In this document: positions 17,650 to 28,861 of the stretch, in pieces
Numbering within the stretch: position 1 is the stretch's first letter
How the letters are laid out: every line of letters begins with the position of its first letter
Assembly (NCBI GenBank): GCA_022447095.1
Contig: JAKUUP010000004.1
Location: 5,499-69,498 of the forward strand
DNA from: Candidatus Thalassarchaeum betae
GTDB taxonomy: Archaea > Thermoplasmatota > Poseidoniia > Poseidoniales > Thalassarchaeaceae
DNA: 64,000 nt
Direction: 5' to 3'
The notes under the pieces: generated by a model
What the model saw: the letters and a program-made list of their open reading frames with translations, nothing else
What the model was told of the DNA's origin: nothing
Database searches by the model: none
Made by a program: the position numbers and the translations under genes

Positions 17650-20600
17650 TCACAGCATGTCGTCGAGGAATGATGCGTCGACGTCCTCATCGGCCTCGTT
17701 GAGGTCCTCGGCCATGTCGTCGAGGTCATCGAAGTCCAAGTCGTCGGCCATGTCGTCGAGATCCTCCAGATCGGCGTCCTCGGAATCGTCGCTTAGCAAC
17801 TCGTCGACCACTTCCTCTGAGGCTGCCGGGGCCTCGGCGTCCTCGTCGACGACTAGTCCCGGTGGAAGTGGTACAGAGCCGAAGCCGGGAGTACTTCCAT
17901 CGTCGATCTCCAGAGACTCCTCGGCGTCGCTAAGCCCAGCGGCCTCGCGCGACATCTCCTCTTCCAGTTCAACCTCGAGCGCCCCCATCTCCCACGGCTC
18001 GGGAGCGGCCTGCTCGCGGGGCCTGATGACCATCAGTGCGCCGATCAACACCATCACCGCTGAAACCATGGCGATCAGCGTGTTCATGTCGCCATCCACC
18101 AGTTGGTCGTACCATGAGCGGCCGGCCTCGCCCTCGCCCCCTTCGGACGAGCCGAATGAGGACTCTGACCACGGTCTGACCTCCAGTGGATCGACGGCGA
18201 ACCGATGCACTTCGCCGTCGTATGCGACGATGGCCAACCAGTGCGTCGCTGCGCTGTCGAGTTTCTCGCCCTCGATGTCGGTGAGTAACATCATCGTGGT
18301 TGGGTCGTCGAAAGCACCGACCAAGGTGGAGTCGGTAGTCCGCTCGAACGGTTCCTTACCGACGAAGACCCAGTAAGATTCGACCTGCGGGTCTTTCGCC
18401 GCGTCCCAGCGTATCTCGACGTGATCACCGGAGGGATTCCAGTTGGCGCGGATGCCTGTTATCTCAGGCAGGTGGAGGCCGGGGTCGAGTGAGTTCTCGT
18501 CGACTAGGCTGATCATGGTCCCCTGCAGATTGCTGTCCCAGTAATTCCCCGAGGAGTCGATCGCGGCCACCGCAACCCAGACCGGAACCGAAGGTGCCAG
18601 CGCTCGGCCGTCCGAAAGGGACTCGAGGAGTATCGGCATCTGCGCGCCACGGCTCACCACGAGAGCCGGTTCCATGCCGCTGATGCTGTCGAACGGCGCG
18701 CCGGCGGAGGCGTAAATCCAGTACTCCGCTATGTCCGAGGCGTCGCTCTCGGGGAACGTGACCAGCATGCCGTCGCCGTCGTCGGGCGAGCGGTCTTGGA
18801 GGAGTGGGGGCGAGAGTCTGTCGGGTGGGGAGATGTCTCCCCTGTTGTCCAGAGGAGAAACTAGGACCATGTGCTCGTCCATGTCATTCAGATACACGTT
18901 GCCTAGGATGTCGTGAGTGGTCACGGTGACATACAGCGGTATCGAGGGTCGAATCGCTTCTGAGGTGAGGTCCGAGACCGTGTTCCCGTAGAGTGCGTTG
19001 GTCACCGTTATCTGGAGTTGGAAGGCCCCTCCTATCTGTCTCTGGTCGATCTCGATAAGCCCGCAGGAGGTGGGGTCGTCGCCGCAGTTGGCCCAGATCT
19101 CGGTCAGGTCGTTGAGCGGGTACTCGGAGACCCAGATGATGTAATGGCTGAAGTCGGGCGCCAGCGAGCGGTTCCACATGATGTCTATGGCGGTGCCGTC
19201 GTCATCCGGGTGGTCCCATGCGTTGAGTCCGAGGACCCGAGGAGGTGGTTGTCCCGCCCCTGCCACATTGGAGAGAGGTGTCGCGTCGACGACGAGGACG
19301 TCGTCGGGGTTCTCGTTGCCCCAATCGTCGGAGGCCACAACACCGACCCAGTACACGATCCCGTTCTCGAGGGGTGAGTTGCCCATCGAATCGATCACGA
19401 TCTCGTTCGTTGTGCAATCGAGAACGTACTCGGCCACAGGCCACCCGTCGACCGTGGTGGGTGGTTGGAATCCAGAGGCGGGCAGCGCGTAGACCGTGTG
19501 GAAGGTGCAGTCCTCTTCGTCGTTCGGAGTCCACGTCACTAGGATTCTGCCGCCCTCATCATCGGGGGCATCGACCGCGGTGGTGTCAGTGATTGGGGCG
19601 GGCGGGATGCCATCGTCAAGACCTCCCGCGGTCACAACTGGTCCTATCACGATGGCGTTTACAGCGTCAAACTGCCCCGCCTCATCAACGCAGACGGCAG
19701 CGAACCAGAACGTCTTGCCGGGCTCCAGTTGGAGCACCGTTGAGTTGCCCGCTGCGAAGGCCACATCGATTCCCCCGCTGAGCGCGACAGCGCTGGTGAT
19801 AGGTTGCTGGACGGCCCATATCCTTGTTCGGTCAGGATCGTACTCCATGCATGCGGACCACTCGAGGTAGATTGTACCGGCTGAGCCTCCTGAGACCGGC
19901 TCAGCTGCGAGCCATTCGGGTGGGAATGGTACCTCATCTGTCGGAGTGGCGCTTTCAGACCACGACATCGGCACTCCAACCGAGCCGTCGGGGTACTCGA
20001 TGGCGATTGCGGCTCTGTACTCCCTATCTTCTGAGAGCGCTGTGGGAACGCCGTCGTCGTCGGCCGTGATTACGGTCGCAGTAGTCTGCGACCAGAACGG
20101 GATGTGCATGTACGAGAGTTCTGAAAGTTCCTCTATGGTCGGCTCCCAGTCGGGATTGTCAGTGGAGTCCCACACATACAACCTGTAGGCGTGCCAGGCT
20201 GCGTCCTCTGCTGGAAGCCATGAAGCTTCCAGAACGCCACCGCCGTCATTCGGCCTGTCGACCAGTGATGTCATCTCGGTGGGGACTTCTACTCGTTCCC
20301 AGTCGTAGGTGATTCGGACCTGAATAGTGCCGTTCTGAGGAGTCTGCATTTGCAAGTGCACCTGAGCCACTGTGGAACCTGGGGCGAGATTAGAGATGGC
20401 GTCTTGGAACCCGTTCTCGATGGCTGGGTTCATCGATGCCAGATCCCACGAGCCCGAGTAGTTCAGGCTCTGTGACTCAGCCCACACCCACGCGCCCGGC
20501 TGAGAGGCTGAGAGCGTGAGGGCCCCGGTGAATATTGGAAGTTTGCCAGGTAGCCACTGTGCGGTGCCCTGCGGTATCTCTATCGGGTTCTCGTCGTTGA

Positions 20601-23600
20601 CCAGCACCGTCGCCATCCCTGGATGTGTGGTTTCGGTGATATCCCATGAGTTGCCCGCGTACAGCGCGAGGAGGGGGTCGGCCCTGCGCTGATGCCCCCT
20701 GCCTAACTCATTGAGGCTCTCGGCCGGATCGAAGATGTGTAGGCCGTCTTGGCCGACGATATACAGTCCGGTGTTGTCTATGTAGGCCGAAGACAGTCCG
20801 GGCATTAGCACGGAAGCCGCCGCAGAGTGGTCGTCGTCCGACCTTACCACATCGATGCCTCTCGGACTCAGTACGGCGATGTGGTCGCCGTCAGAGACCA
20901 TCTGGAACACAGGCCAAGACAGTATCTTTCTCGCTCCGAGGCCCGTTTCCATCTCCATCGAGGTGCCATTCCAGTGAACCAAAGGTTCGCTGGTGGTGCC
21001 GATGTGGACGCCCCAGTCGTCGGCCGTTATGGCTCTGACATCGTTGCTCGGAATCATGTCGATATGATAGGTGCCGTTGGAGCTGTCCGTGGCCATGTCC
21101 CATGCGGTGACCCCGGGTCTGGTCGAGCCTTGTCCGTTGTGCGATATGAACAGGGCGGCGTCGTGGTGAAGGACCGAGGTCGAGCCGTCGGGGTTGTTCA
21201 CCAGTCGTGAGGTCGCTTCCGCATAGGTGATCCCCGACACTGTGTTCCCAACGAGCCCGTCTGCGAAGTTTAGAGTGGTGAGGACAGAGAGGTTGTCCTG
21301 ATGCAGTACCGTCAGTCCCGCCGGTCCGCCTACTAGTATCGTGCCATTGCCCTGTATTGGGGTGTCTATGGTGAACAGGTGATCGGCAATCGGGGTCGGC
21401 AGCCCATCGATTGTGGTAATCGGGTCGTCCCATCCATCCTTTGTGGTGTTCCAAAGTCCGATTCCTCCCCAAGTGGCCACCATGATGTGATCACCGTGTT
21501 CGACGAAGCCACGTACGATGTTGTTGGGCAGACCGGCAATGAGACTGCCTTGTCCCCATGTTCGGGAATTCGTGTTGAAGGTCTGGAACCCTGCAGCCGA
21601 GCCCTGACTACCCATAAGCCCGACATACATCGTGCCGTCGTCCTCCAGAATCATCCCGTCCATCTGTGAATGCAGTGCCGCTGGAGTCGGAGAGAGGATT
21701 CGATTGGTTATGTCAATCGACCAGAGGCCACGTCCGGCGGTGCTGAGCCAAATTTTCTCCCCGTCGAGTTGCATCGAGTTGATGATGTCCTGATTGGCGT
21801 TGTAACCGAATTCCCATCGGACGGATCCATTGGCTAGGAGTTCTCCTTGCAGCACCGAGGAGGCGTAGTACCCAGAGGAGCTTGAAGTCAGGGCGGCCCA
21901 CACATGAGTCTCATTCGACACGAACTCGACGACCCTGCCGCTGGTCAGTCCCGCCAGTTCATCGTAGCCGCTGGCTATCAGTCCCGAGTTGTCGAGTCTG
22001 TCAACGCGGTTCAGGCCAGTGGTCTGACCTGAGCGACCGATCGCGTAGACAGGTCCGGTTGTCGAAGGTGCCCTCTCGATTGAGCAGCCGTCCATCCCCG
22101 GGTCCAGTATCTGGCCGTTGGCAGTACTTGTGCCTGAAGTGACGATTCTTGAGATGCCGCCTGTGTTTACGAGTTGGTGGGCTGCCATCAGGACGTTGTT
22201 ATGGTGGAGCATACCGCCGGGGAAGATCCTGTCCTCAGAGATGCCGTCGTTCGATGTCAGCGTCCTGATGAACTGATTGGTGTTGTAGTTGTACCGATCG
22301 ATGCCGATTCCCTCCGTATCGTAGCCGACGTACATGATATGGTTCTGTTCGTCGCATGCAATCGCACGGGGGTCGTCGTTTGAGAGTCCCAGACTGTTGT
22401 CCGTCAATGGAGAGATCCACTCGCCGGTAATTCCGTCGTTGTCCGAATCAGACAAGTCGAATCTCGCGATGCCCCCTTGGTTGCCCCACCACGAGAGCCT
22501 GCCGATGGCGACGTGGATGATATCGTTGCAGAGTTGGATTTCGGCTGGATAGCCGTCAGGGATGTCGCCTGTGCCCAGCGCCCACGAGGTCCAGTTGTCC
22601 GTGGCATCATCCAAGCGCATGATGTCGGAGCCCCCGCTCCAGCCCCCTTGGTAGGATCCTACCCACAGGTCGTTGTCAATCAGAGCCATCGAGTAGAACC
22701 GGTCCTCGGAGCCGGAAGGTAGCCCGTCATCCTCGACCCAAGGGGAGAGCCAACTCTCGTTGACCGGGTCCCACCTCAGGATACCTTCCATGCTCGCGAA
22801 CACGTAGGTTCCATTCCACTCTTCCATTCCTCTGATAGGGCCGTCGATGTCGTTCCACTCGTCCAGAAGCGTCATGTTGTGTGCATTGAATCTCCTCATG
22901 ATGCTGTTCCCGTAGGCGACCCACAACTCACAGGCGTTCGTGGCGACTGGGAAACAGTCACCGAGGAAGCGCGCGTTGACCCTCTGCACATTGCCGATGG
23001 TATCCATATTGTCGGCCCACGACTCGTTGCTGGCGTTCCAGCGGACTATAGTCCCGCTTCCATCTTGCCACGACCTAGGTCTGACACCGATCCACAGTTC
23101 CTCACCTATAGCGCCTATCCCGTGGACAACGCTAGTTTCGCCAATCTGGATACCGGCATCGATGGTGGTCAAGCTGGAGTTGTTATCGAGGTCGATGCGG
23201 AATATCTCGTCGTTCGTGGCCCACTGGGAGTTGCTCCTCTGCAGCGAGTAGTGTAGGACGTTGCCGATAATCACCATGTCTTGCATGGGAGTGTTGGAAA
23301 GCGTCGGACCATCGGTGTTCGAGCCTCGGCTCCAGCTCTTCAGAACCGTGTCGTTCAACACGTCGATGAGAGTCAGGCCGAAGTCCCCGCCTGCCCACAT
23401 GGTGCCGGCATCGCGCCCGTGGGCGAGCGTGGTGACATCGTCGTCGTTGATGTAACCCTGAGTGCCGTCCCAAGCCTGTAGCCATGAGTAGTTGAGCAAG
23501 TCATAGCGAGCGATGCCGGTGTTCTCAAAGCCAAGATACAGGATGTCACCTATCTTCACCGTGCGGGCCCGCTGGGTGTCGTCACCGGCTGACCAGACCT

Positions 23601-26211
23601 CGATCACGGAGTTGTTGAGGGTATTGATAACAGCGGCTCCGTAGTTGGTACCGGCGTAGAGCCGGTCGGTGCCGATCTTCGCTATCGAATACACGAAGCG
23701 AGAGGGCATTCCGTCCTGATTGCTGATGCACCCCTGGAGAGTGTAACTCCAATTCCACATGCACACTCCCCGATTGGTTCCTGCATAGATACCGTCCGCA
23801 TCGCTGATGATATCGTAGAACACGTATGGATCGTTGTTGTTGCCGGGTATGGATGTCGGCAGAGAGTGCCAGTTGCTGCCGTCCCAACGAGACAGGCCTC
23901 CGTTGCTCTGGGAGCCTGTGTTCGAAACACTCGAGCCGACCAGCAGATCGCCGTAGAAGTCCAAGTGCAAAGATATGACGTCGTCATCAGGGAGGTTGCC
24001 GTCCTGAGTCCAGTGGTCGGAGATATCGCCAGTGAGGCGGTCGATCACCAGAATGCCGAAGTCGTTGAGTCCGAGGTAAAGCGTGTCGCCGTCGACGGCC
24101 ACGGGTGTATAATCGAGGTTGTCCGCACCGAGAGACTGCCACGAGCCGAGGACAGAGACATCGAACAAATCAATCCTCATGACACCGGCATCGGGGGTCG
24201 CGATGTACGCGATGCCATAGCGCGTAGCGACTTCTTCGACGAAGTCTGAGTCGAGGCCGTCCTCGGTGGTAATGACATCGACCAATGTGTTCGTCGAGGT
24301 GTTGATCAAGGAGATTCCAGATTCGTAGTGCCCTACCACCAGCGTGTTCGAGTTCGCATCGTGAGCGAGACTTGAGATGAGTTCAGAACTCATTCCTTGG
24401 GCCGTTCCCTGGAAGTTGGCATCGCCCGCTTCAAATCTCAGCAGTCCCGCACTGAGAGTTCCTACCCAGACTATTCCATGAGTGTCCTGCACGATGGAGG
24501 TGATAGCAGTCGGCGCCCAGACATAATCACTGATATCAATGGGTACCCGCCATGCCTGGTCTGCCTTGTCGAATCTGTCGAGGATGTAACCGCCTGCGAC
24601 CCATATCTCGCCCTGCTCGCCATCGTCGATGTGCGTGACGATATCCATCGACGACGAGAATGGACTACTGACCAGCACCATGGTGCCGTCGAGAGACTCC
24701 CCTACCTGACGGGCCAGTGTGCCGGAGCCGTCGCTCACGAGGACGGTGCCCGAGTCAGGGCCGCGGTGTCCTTCCGTCGGCCAAGCCAAGATTGACTTGG
24801 AAGGTTTCAACAGACCCATGTCGGAAGTCTGTCTTTGTGAACGGAACACCATGGCGCTAGTGTCGTAAGAGTGTAAGGTGTTGCCAGCGAGGATGTGCAA
24901 CCAGTCATTCGTCAAGGAAAGTCCGCGGATCACGTTGGATGCCAGCCAATTGTTGGTTGACCATGTAGCCAGCCATGATGAGGCGTTGACGTTGTATCGG
25001 TTCACACCGCCGCCCACCGTGGCGATCAGCAGATGATCACCCAGCAACTCGAACTGTGATATCGAATTGCTGGTCAGGTAGTTCGCGGTGCTCCACCGCT
25101 CGTTGCTATCGATTGAGATTTCGGGGTTGGATCCGTTGCCGGTCGTTGAGTATTCGATGGCGCGGACACCGTTACTCGTCGTTCCGAGATAAATGGTGTC
25201 GGAGACGATGGTCATGTCCGTCACAATCTCGATTGCGTCTGTAGAGCAGAAGTTGACCTCGGTCCAGGAAGTCTTACCCGGGGCGAGGTGGTGCAACTTG
25301 CAGTCCGTCGCAGCCCACACCGTTCCATATGCATCGACGGCAATTGCCCGGATTGAGGCAGTATCCCCCTCCATCACCATCAGGTCGTCGTGTTCGGATG
25401 AGTCTACTAGACTGCGAGATAGTACTTTGCCGTCTTCGGTCCCGATGAGTAATCGGTTCTCGCCTGTGTCGAGAGCTACGGTCCGACCGTAGATGCCGGA
25501 ATCGATGTCGATGATCCTCTTCTGAGCTTGGTCATCGAGGTGTAGCATATCGTCATCGAGAAGCACGTAAAGCCGGCCGTCGAGCGGATTGACAGCACTG
25601 TCGTGGATCTCGACGTTCAACGAAGTGAACGAGACTCGAGGGTCTGCCGGACGCAGAGCCTCGATTACTAGGTCGTCGATGGTGATGCCGCTCGGCAGCA
25701 GCCATGATGCGTCGCTGACCGAGTTCGGCTGCAGCCAGGTGTCGAGGACACCGCCTTCAACCTCGGGAGGATTGGGTGAGAACGAGTTCTGACGGCCGAG
25801 GTCGCCGTAGTCCCGCCAGTCGAGTATCGGCGTCTGGGTGTCTAGCAGGGTTAACTGCGGTTCATTTGCCCAGTAGCCTTCACTGCCATCGACTGCAATC
25901 TCAAAGGTGAAGTTATCCAACAGGGCTCCCGGAGCGAAGTCTAGGAAGAGGTCGGCATAGGCCATAGTTCCACTATCTGGATCGGCTCCCGTTGCAGCAA
26001 GTGAAATCCAACCAGTGTCGTTGCTGCCTCCGGCTCCCCAAGTCTTGGGGGTGGCGCGGCTGTCGTCGTTCTGGTCACCGAGATGGTTCGAAGTCATCGC
26101 CGACCAGGGCAACATTACCATCAGCATGACCAACAGCAGGGCTAACCTCCGTTGAGTATGAAGATTGGACGAATATGCCGACGGCACGTATCTCCGCCTC
26201 TTTGTACCCAT
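17650..26211 (-). CDS. Giant (2853 aa) type-I surface protein: signal peptide, many beta-propeller (two-component-regulator-propeller/Reg_prop-like) blades, FN3-like domains, one TM helix and an acidic cytoplasmic tail
   Basis: Uninterrupted 8.56-kb ORF. Recurrent blade motifs appear (..DGNLPDDDVISLHLDFYGDLLVGSS.., GLPNNIVRGFVEHGDHIMVATWGGIGLWN, IDGLPTPIADHLFTIDT..ILVGGPAGLTVLH). FN3-like stretches (ILVTWTPNDEED, IYLEWSACMEYDP). TM helix LIAMVSAVMVLIGALMVI. D/E-rich tail ..DLDDMADDLDFDDLDDMAEDLNEADEDVDASFLDDML. Confidence 0.75.
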   Translation of the reverse strand: MGTKRRRYVPSAYSSNLHTQRRLALLLVMLMVMLPWSAMTSNHLGDQNDDSRATPKTWGAGGSNDTGWISLAATGADPDSGTMAYADLFLDFAPGALLDNFTFEIAVDGSEGYWANEPQLTLLDTQTPILDWRDYGDLGRQNSFSPNPPEVEGGVLDTWLQPNSVSDASWLLPSGITIDDLVIEALRPADPRVSFTSLNVEIHDSAVNPLDGRLYVLLDDDMLHLDDQAQKRIIDIDSGIYGRTVALDTGENRLLIGTEDGKVLSRSLVDSSEHDDLMVMEGDTASIRAIAVDAYGTVWAATDCKLHHLAPGKTSWTEVNFCSTDAIEIVTDMTIVSDTIYLGTTSNGVRAIEYSTTGNGSNPEISIDSNERWSTANYLTSNSISQFELLGDHLLIATVGGGVNRYNVNASSWLATWSTNNWLASNVIRGLSLTNDWLHILAGNTLHSYDTSAMVFRSQRQTSDMGLLKPSKSILAWPTEGHRGPDSGTVLVSDGSGTLARQVGESLDGTMVLVSSPFSSSMDIVTHIDDGEQGEIWVAGGYILDRFDKADQAWRVPIDISDYVWAPTAITSIVQDTHGIVWVGTLSAGLLRFEAGDANFQGTAQGMSSELISSLAHDANSNTLVVGHYESGISLINTSTNTLVDVITTEDGLDSDFVEEVATRYGIAYIATPDAGVMRIDLFDVSVLGSWQSLGADNLDYTPVAVDGDTLYLGLNDFGILVIDRLTGDISDHWTQDGNLPDDDVISLHLDFYGDLLVGSSVSNTGSQSNGGLSRWDGSNWHSLPTSIPGNNNDPYVFYDIISDADGIYAGTNRGVCMWNWSYTLQGCISNQDGMPSRFVYSIAKIGTDRLYAGTNYGAAVINTLNNSVIEVWSAGDDTQRARTVKIGDILYLGFENTGIARYDLLNYSWLQAWDGTQGYINDDDVTTLAHGRDAGTMWAGGDFGLTLIDVLNDTVLKSWSRGSNTDGPTLSNTPMQDMVIIGNVLHYSLQRSNSQWATNDEIFRIDLDNNSSLTTIDAGIQIGETSVVHGIGAIGEELWIGVRPRSWQDGSGTIVRWNASNESWADNMDTIGNVQRVNARFLGDCFPVATNACELWVAYGNSIMRRFNAHNMTLLDEWNDIDGPIRGMEEWNGTYVFASMEGILRWDPVNESWLSPWVEDDGLPSGSEDRFYSMALIDNDLWVGSYQGGWSGGSDIMRLDDATDNWTSWALGTGDIPDGYPAEIQLCNDIIHVAIGRLSWWGNQGGIARFDLSDSDNDGITGEWISPLTDNSLGLSNDDPRAIACDEQNHIMYVGYDTEGIGIDRYNYNTNQFIRTLTSNDGISEDRIFPGGMLHHNNVLMAAHQLVNTGGISRIVTSGTSTANGQILDPGMDGCSIERAPSTTGPVYAIGRSGQTTGLNRVDRLDNSGLIASGYDELAGLTSGRVVEFVSNETHVWAALTSSSSGYYASSVLQGELLANGSVRWEFGYNANQDIINSMQLDGEKIWLSTAGRGLWSIDITNRILSPTPAALHSQMDGMILEDDGTMYVGLMGSQGSAAGFQTFNTNSRTWGQGSLIAGLPNNIVRGFVEHGDHIMVATWGGIGLWNTTKDGWDDPITTIDGLPTPIADHLFTIDTPIQGNGTILVGGPAGLTVLHQDNLSVLTTLNFADGLVGNTVSGITYAEATSRLVNNPDGSTSVLHHDAALFISHNGQGSTRPGVTAWDMATDSSNGTYHIDMIPSNDVRAITADDWGVHIGTTSEPLVHWNGTSMEMETGLGARKILSWPVFQMVSDGDHIAVLSPRGIDVVRSDDDHSAAASVLMPGLSSAYIDNTGLYIVGQDGLHIFDPAESLNELGRGHQRRADPLLALYAGNSWDITETTHPGMATVLVNDENPIEIPQGTAQWLPGKLPIFTGALTLSASQPGAWVWAESQSLNYSGSWDLASMNPAIENGFQDAISNLAPGSTVAQVHLQMQTPQNGTIQVRITYDWERVEVPTEMTSLVDRPNDGGGVLEASWLPAEDAAWHAYRLYVWDSTDNPDWEPTIEELSELSYMHIPFWSQTTATVITADDDGVPTALSEDREYRAAIAIEYPDGSVGVPMSWSESATPTDEVPFPPEWLAAEPVSGGSAGTIYLEWSACMEYDPDRTRIWAVQQPITSAVALSGGIDVAFAAGNSTVLQLEPGKTFWFAAVCVDEAGQFDAVNAIVIGPVVTAGGLDDGIPPAPITDTTAVDAPDDEGGRILVTWTPNDEEDCTFHTVYALPASGFQPPTTVDGWPVAEYVLDCTTNEIVIDSMGNSPLENGIVYWVGVVASDDWGNENPDDVLVVDATPLSNVAGAGQPPPRVLGLNAWDHPDDDGTAIDIMWNRSLAPDFSHYIIWVSEYPLNDLTEIWANCGDDPTSCGLIEIDQRQIGGAFQLQITVTNALYGNTVSDLTSEAIRPSIPLYVTVTTHDILGNVYLNDMDEHMVLVSPLDNRGDISPPDRLSPPLLQDRSPDDGDGMLVTFPESDASDIAEYWIYASAGAPFDSISGMEPALVVSRGAQMPILLESLSDGRALAPSVPVWVAVAAIDSSGNYWDSNLQGTMISLVDENSLDPGLHLPEITGIRANWNPSGDHVEIRWDAAKDPQVESYWVFVGKEPFERTTDSTLVGAFDDPTTMMLLTDIEGEKLDSAATHWLAIVAYDGEVHRFAVDPLEVRPWSESSFGSSEGGEGEAGRSWYDQLVDGDMNTLIAMVSAVMVLIGALMVIRPREQAAPEPWEMGALEVELEEEMSREAAGLSDAEESLEIDDGSTPGFGSVPLPPGLVVDEDAEAPAASEEVVDELLSDDSEDADLEDLDDMADDLDFDDLDDMAEDLNEADEDVDASFLDDML

Positions 26212-26282
26212 TATGAAAGAAGTGGGTCGATGTTTATGTTGTGCTCAATCCGCCGTAGGCGGAAAATTCGTAATCTCAGATG

Positions 26283-26302
26283 ATTTAAAAAATATCAATA
26301 AC
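26283..26302. promoter_or_regulatory. AT-rich TATA-like element in the divergent promoter region between the giant surface-protein gene and maeB
   Basis: TTTAAAAAATATCAATAA is the only AT-rich island in a 167-bp divergent intergenic region of a roughly 60% GC locus. Confidence 0.4.
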
Positions 26303-26378
26303 GCTTGTTTACAGGCCGATAATGCGTGTTTTCTCATTAGGATAGCATCATAGCAGAGGGGTATGCCCGGAGGGCTCC

Positions 26379-28673
26379 GTGGGTGGAAACCTGAACGATG
26401 ATAGGCTCCGCGAGGATGCTTTGGAATACCACGCGTCGAAACCTGCTGGAAAGATTACCGTAGTGCCGACCAAACCACACGGAACCCAGCGCGAACTGTC
26501 CTTGGCTTACTCACCTGGTGTGGCCTACCCATGCAAGGAAATCGAGGGAGATCCGGACGAGGCGTACAAGTACACTTCGAAGGGCAATCTGGTGGCTGTC
26601 GTCAGCAACGGAACCGCCGTCCTCGGACTAGGTGACATCGGTGCGCTAGCAGGAAAGCCGGTGATGGAGGGTAAGGGCCTCCTGTTCAAGGCGTTCGCAG
26701 ACATCGACGTCTTCGACATCGAGGTCGACAGGACGGACGTCGACGAGTTCGTCGAGGCCGTCAAGGCGATAGCCCCGACCTTCGGTGGGATCAACCTCGA
26801 GGACATCAAGGCACCCGAGTGCTTTGAGATCGAGCGCAGGCTCGTCAAGGAGCTAGACATCCCGGTGATGCACGACGACCAGCACGGAACCGCAATCATC
26901 TCCGGGGCGGCATTACTGAACGGCCTAGAAATCGTCGAGAAGGACATCTCAGAAATCAAAGTCGTTGTCTCAGGAGCAGGGGCCTCGGCAATCTCATGCG
27001 CTCATCACTATGTCAGGCTCGGGATCAAGCCGGAGAACATGATTCTGGTCGACTCAAAGGGGGTTCTGACCAACTCACGCCGAGAAGCGGGTGAATTGAA
27101 CGAGTACAAGGCCGAGTTCGCCCGCGACCTACCGGACGGCGACCTCGCATCCGTGATGGATGGAGCCGATCTCTTCCTCGGGCTTTCCAAGGGCGGCATC
27201 GTCAGCGGCGATATGGTCTCCAAGATGGCGGAGCGCCCGCTGATCTTCGCCTTAGCCAACCCGGACCCCGAGATCGCACCCGACGAGGTGTACGCGGTCC
27301 GCGAGGATGCCATCGTCGCGACCGGACGGTCCGACTACCCCAATCAGATCAACAACGTGCTCGGGTTCCCTTACATCTTCCGTGGGGCGCTCGATGTCAG
27401 GGCCAAGGAGATCACCGAGGGCATGAAGATGGCGGCGACCCGCGCGATAGCCGAACTCGCCAAGCAACCTGTTCCCGATGATGTAGCCGCCGCGTACGGT
27501 GGTGAGCAAATGCAGTTCGGCCCCGAATACCTCATCCCGAAGCCATTCGATGCGCGTGTGCTAATCTGGGAGGCCAGTGCGGTCGCTGAGGCTGCGGTCA
27601 ACGAGGGTATCGCAAGGGTATCTACGAAGGAGTTCAATGTCGAGAAATACCGGGAGGACCTTGAGGCTCGCCTCGGTCTGACTCGGTCCATCATGCGCAG
27701 GGTGATCAACATCGCCAAGAAGGAGATGAAGAGGATCGTCTTCTCGGAGGGAGAGGATCCCACTATCATCAAGGCGGCTTCGCAGTGCATCTCGGAGGGA
27801 ATCTGCGAGCCTGTCCTGCTTGGGCAACTCGAGCGGATAGACGCCGTCAAGGAGGAGCTCGGACTCGACTTTGAGTGCGAGGCCATTGACGTCAGGTACG
27901 ATCCACGCAGGCGAACGGCCTACGCGGAGGAGTTACACAAGTTACGAGGCCGCAAGGGACTGACCCCTGAGGATGCTGTAAGGATGCTGAAGTCGACGAC
28001 ATACTTCGCGCCGATGATGGTCCGCATGGGAGATGCTGACGGGTACCTCGGAGGCGTCTCGCACCACTACCCAGACATCGTTAGGCCGTGCCTGCACACC
28101 ATCGGCCCGGACCCAGACTCGCACAGGATCGTCGGAATGTACATGATGACTGTCAATGGCCAACTCATGTTCATCGGCGATGCGACCATCAACATCTACC
28201 CTGATGCGAGGACCCTAGCCGAGATAGCGGTGCAGACGGCCAAGGTCGCACGCCGCTTCGGTGTGAAGCCCAAGGTGGCTATGCTTTCGTTCTCCAACTT
28301 CGGCACCTCAGGAGAGTTGCGCACCGATAGAATCGAAGAGGCGATTGCCATCGCGAGGGAGTTAGATTCGGACCTCATCATCGATGGTCCGATGCAAGTC
28401 GACACAGCACTGGTCCCGGAGATTCAGAAGGACTACCCTTTCATGTCCTTTGAGGGGCCTGCCAACATCCTGATCTGCCCCAACCTCGCCTCGGCCAACA
28501 TCGCCTACAAGCTTCTGCAGAGAATCGCAGGAGCAGAGATGACGGGGCCGATTCTAGAAGGTCTTTCCAAACCCGCACACGTGTTGCAACGCGGTGACAG
28601 CGTACGCGATGTGGTCCACATGGCCGCTATCTGCGCGGTCGATGCCCAGAGGCACGCGAAGCAGCGTCTCTGA
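26379..28673 (+). CDS. maeB: NADP-dependent malic enzyme, MaeB type (malic enzyme domain plus C-terminal phosphotransacetylase-like domain)
   Basis: 764 aa. N-terminal malic-enzyme blocks ([60 protein letters not shown]). The C-terminal half is PTA-like. Confidence 0.8.
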   Translation: MGGNLNDDRLREDALEYHASKPAGKITVVPTKPHGTQRELSLAYSPGVAYPCKEIEGDPDEAYKYTSKGNLVAVVSNGTAVLGLGDIGALAGKPVMEGKGLLFKAFADIDVFDIEVDRTDVDEFVEAVKAIAPTFGGINLEDIKAPECFEIERRLVKELDIPVMHDDQHGTAIISGAALLNGLEIVEKDISEIKVVVSGAGASAISCAHHYVRLGIKPENMILVDSKGVLTNSRREAGELNEYKAEFARDLPDGDLASVMDGADLFLGLSKGGIVSGDMVSKMAERPLIFALANPDPEIAPDEVYAVREDAIVATGRSDYPNQINNVLGFPYIFRGALDVRAKEITEGMKMAATRAIAELAKQPVPDDVAAAYGGEQMQFGPEYLIPKPFDARVLIWEASAVAEAAVNEGIARVSTKEFNVEKYREDLEARLGLTRSIMRRVINIAKKEMKRIVFSEGEDPTIIKAASQCISEGICEPVLLGQLERIDAVKEELGLDFECEAIDVRYDPRRRTAYAEELHKLRGRKGLTPEDAVRMLKSTTYFAPMMVRMGDADGYLGGVSHHYPDIVRPCLHTIGPDPDSHRIVGMYMMTVNGQLMFIGDATINIYPDARTLAEIAVQTAKVARRFGVKPKVAMLSFSNFGTSGELRTDRIEEAIAIARELDSDLIIDGPMQVDTALVPEIQKDYPFMSFEGPANILICPNLASANIAYKLLQRIAGAEMTGPILEGLSKPAHVLQRGDSVRDVVHMAAICAVDAQRHAKQRL

Positions 28674-28861
28674 GTGAATCATTCCCTAGCGTATCGAAGG
28701 GGGAAAGTATCCCTAAACGGTGTAAATCCACTTCCTGAACTGTATGACGAGCCATGCGACTATGAGCAATATCAGGATGGACCTCTTGCTCGTCAAATCC
28801 AACGCCATAATACCGGAAGGGGTGCCGGACTTGAACAGTGTGTTGCTAGGTCCTCTGTGCT

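Noticed and set aside
17612-18376. 254-aa Ser-rich plus-strand ORF
   Set aside because: Antisense to the 3' end of the giant surface-protein gene. Low complexity.
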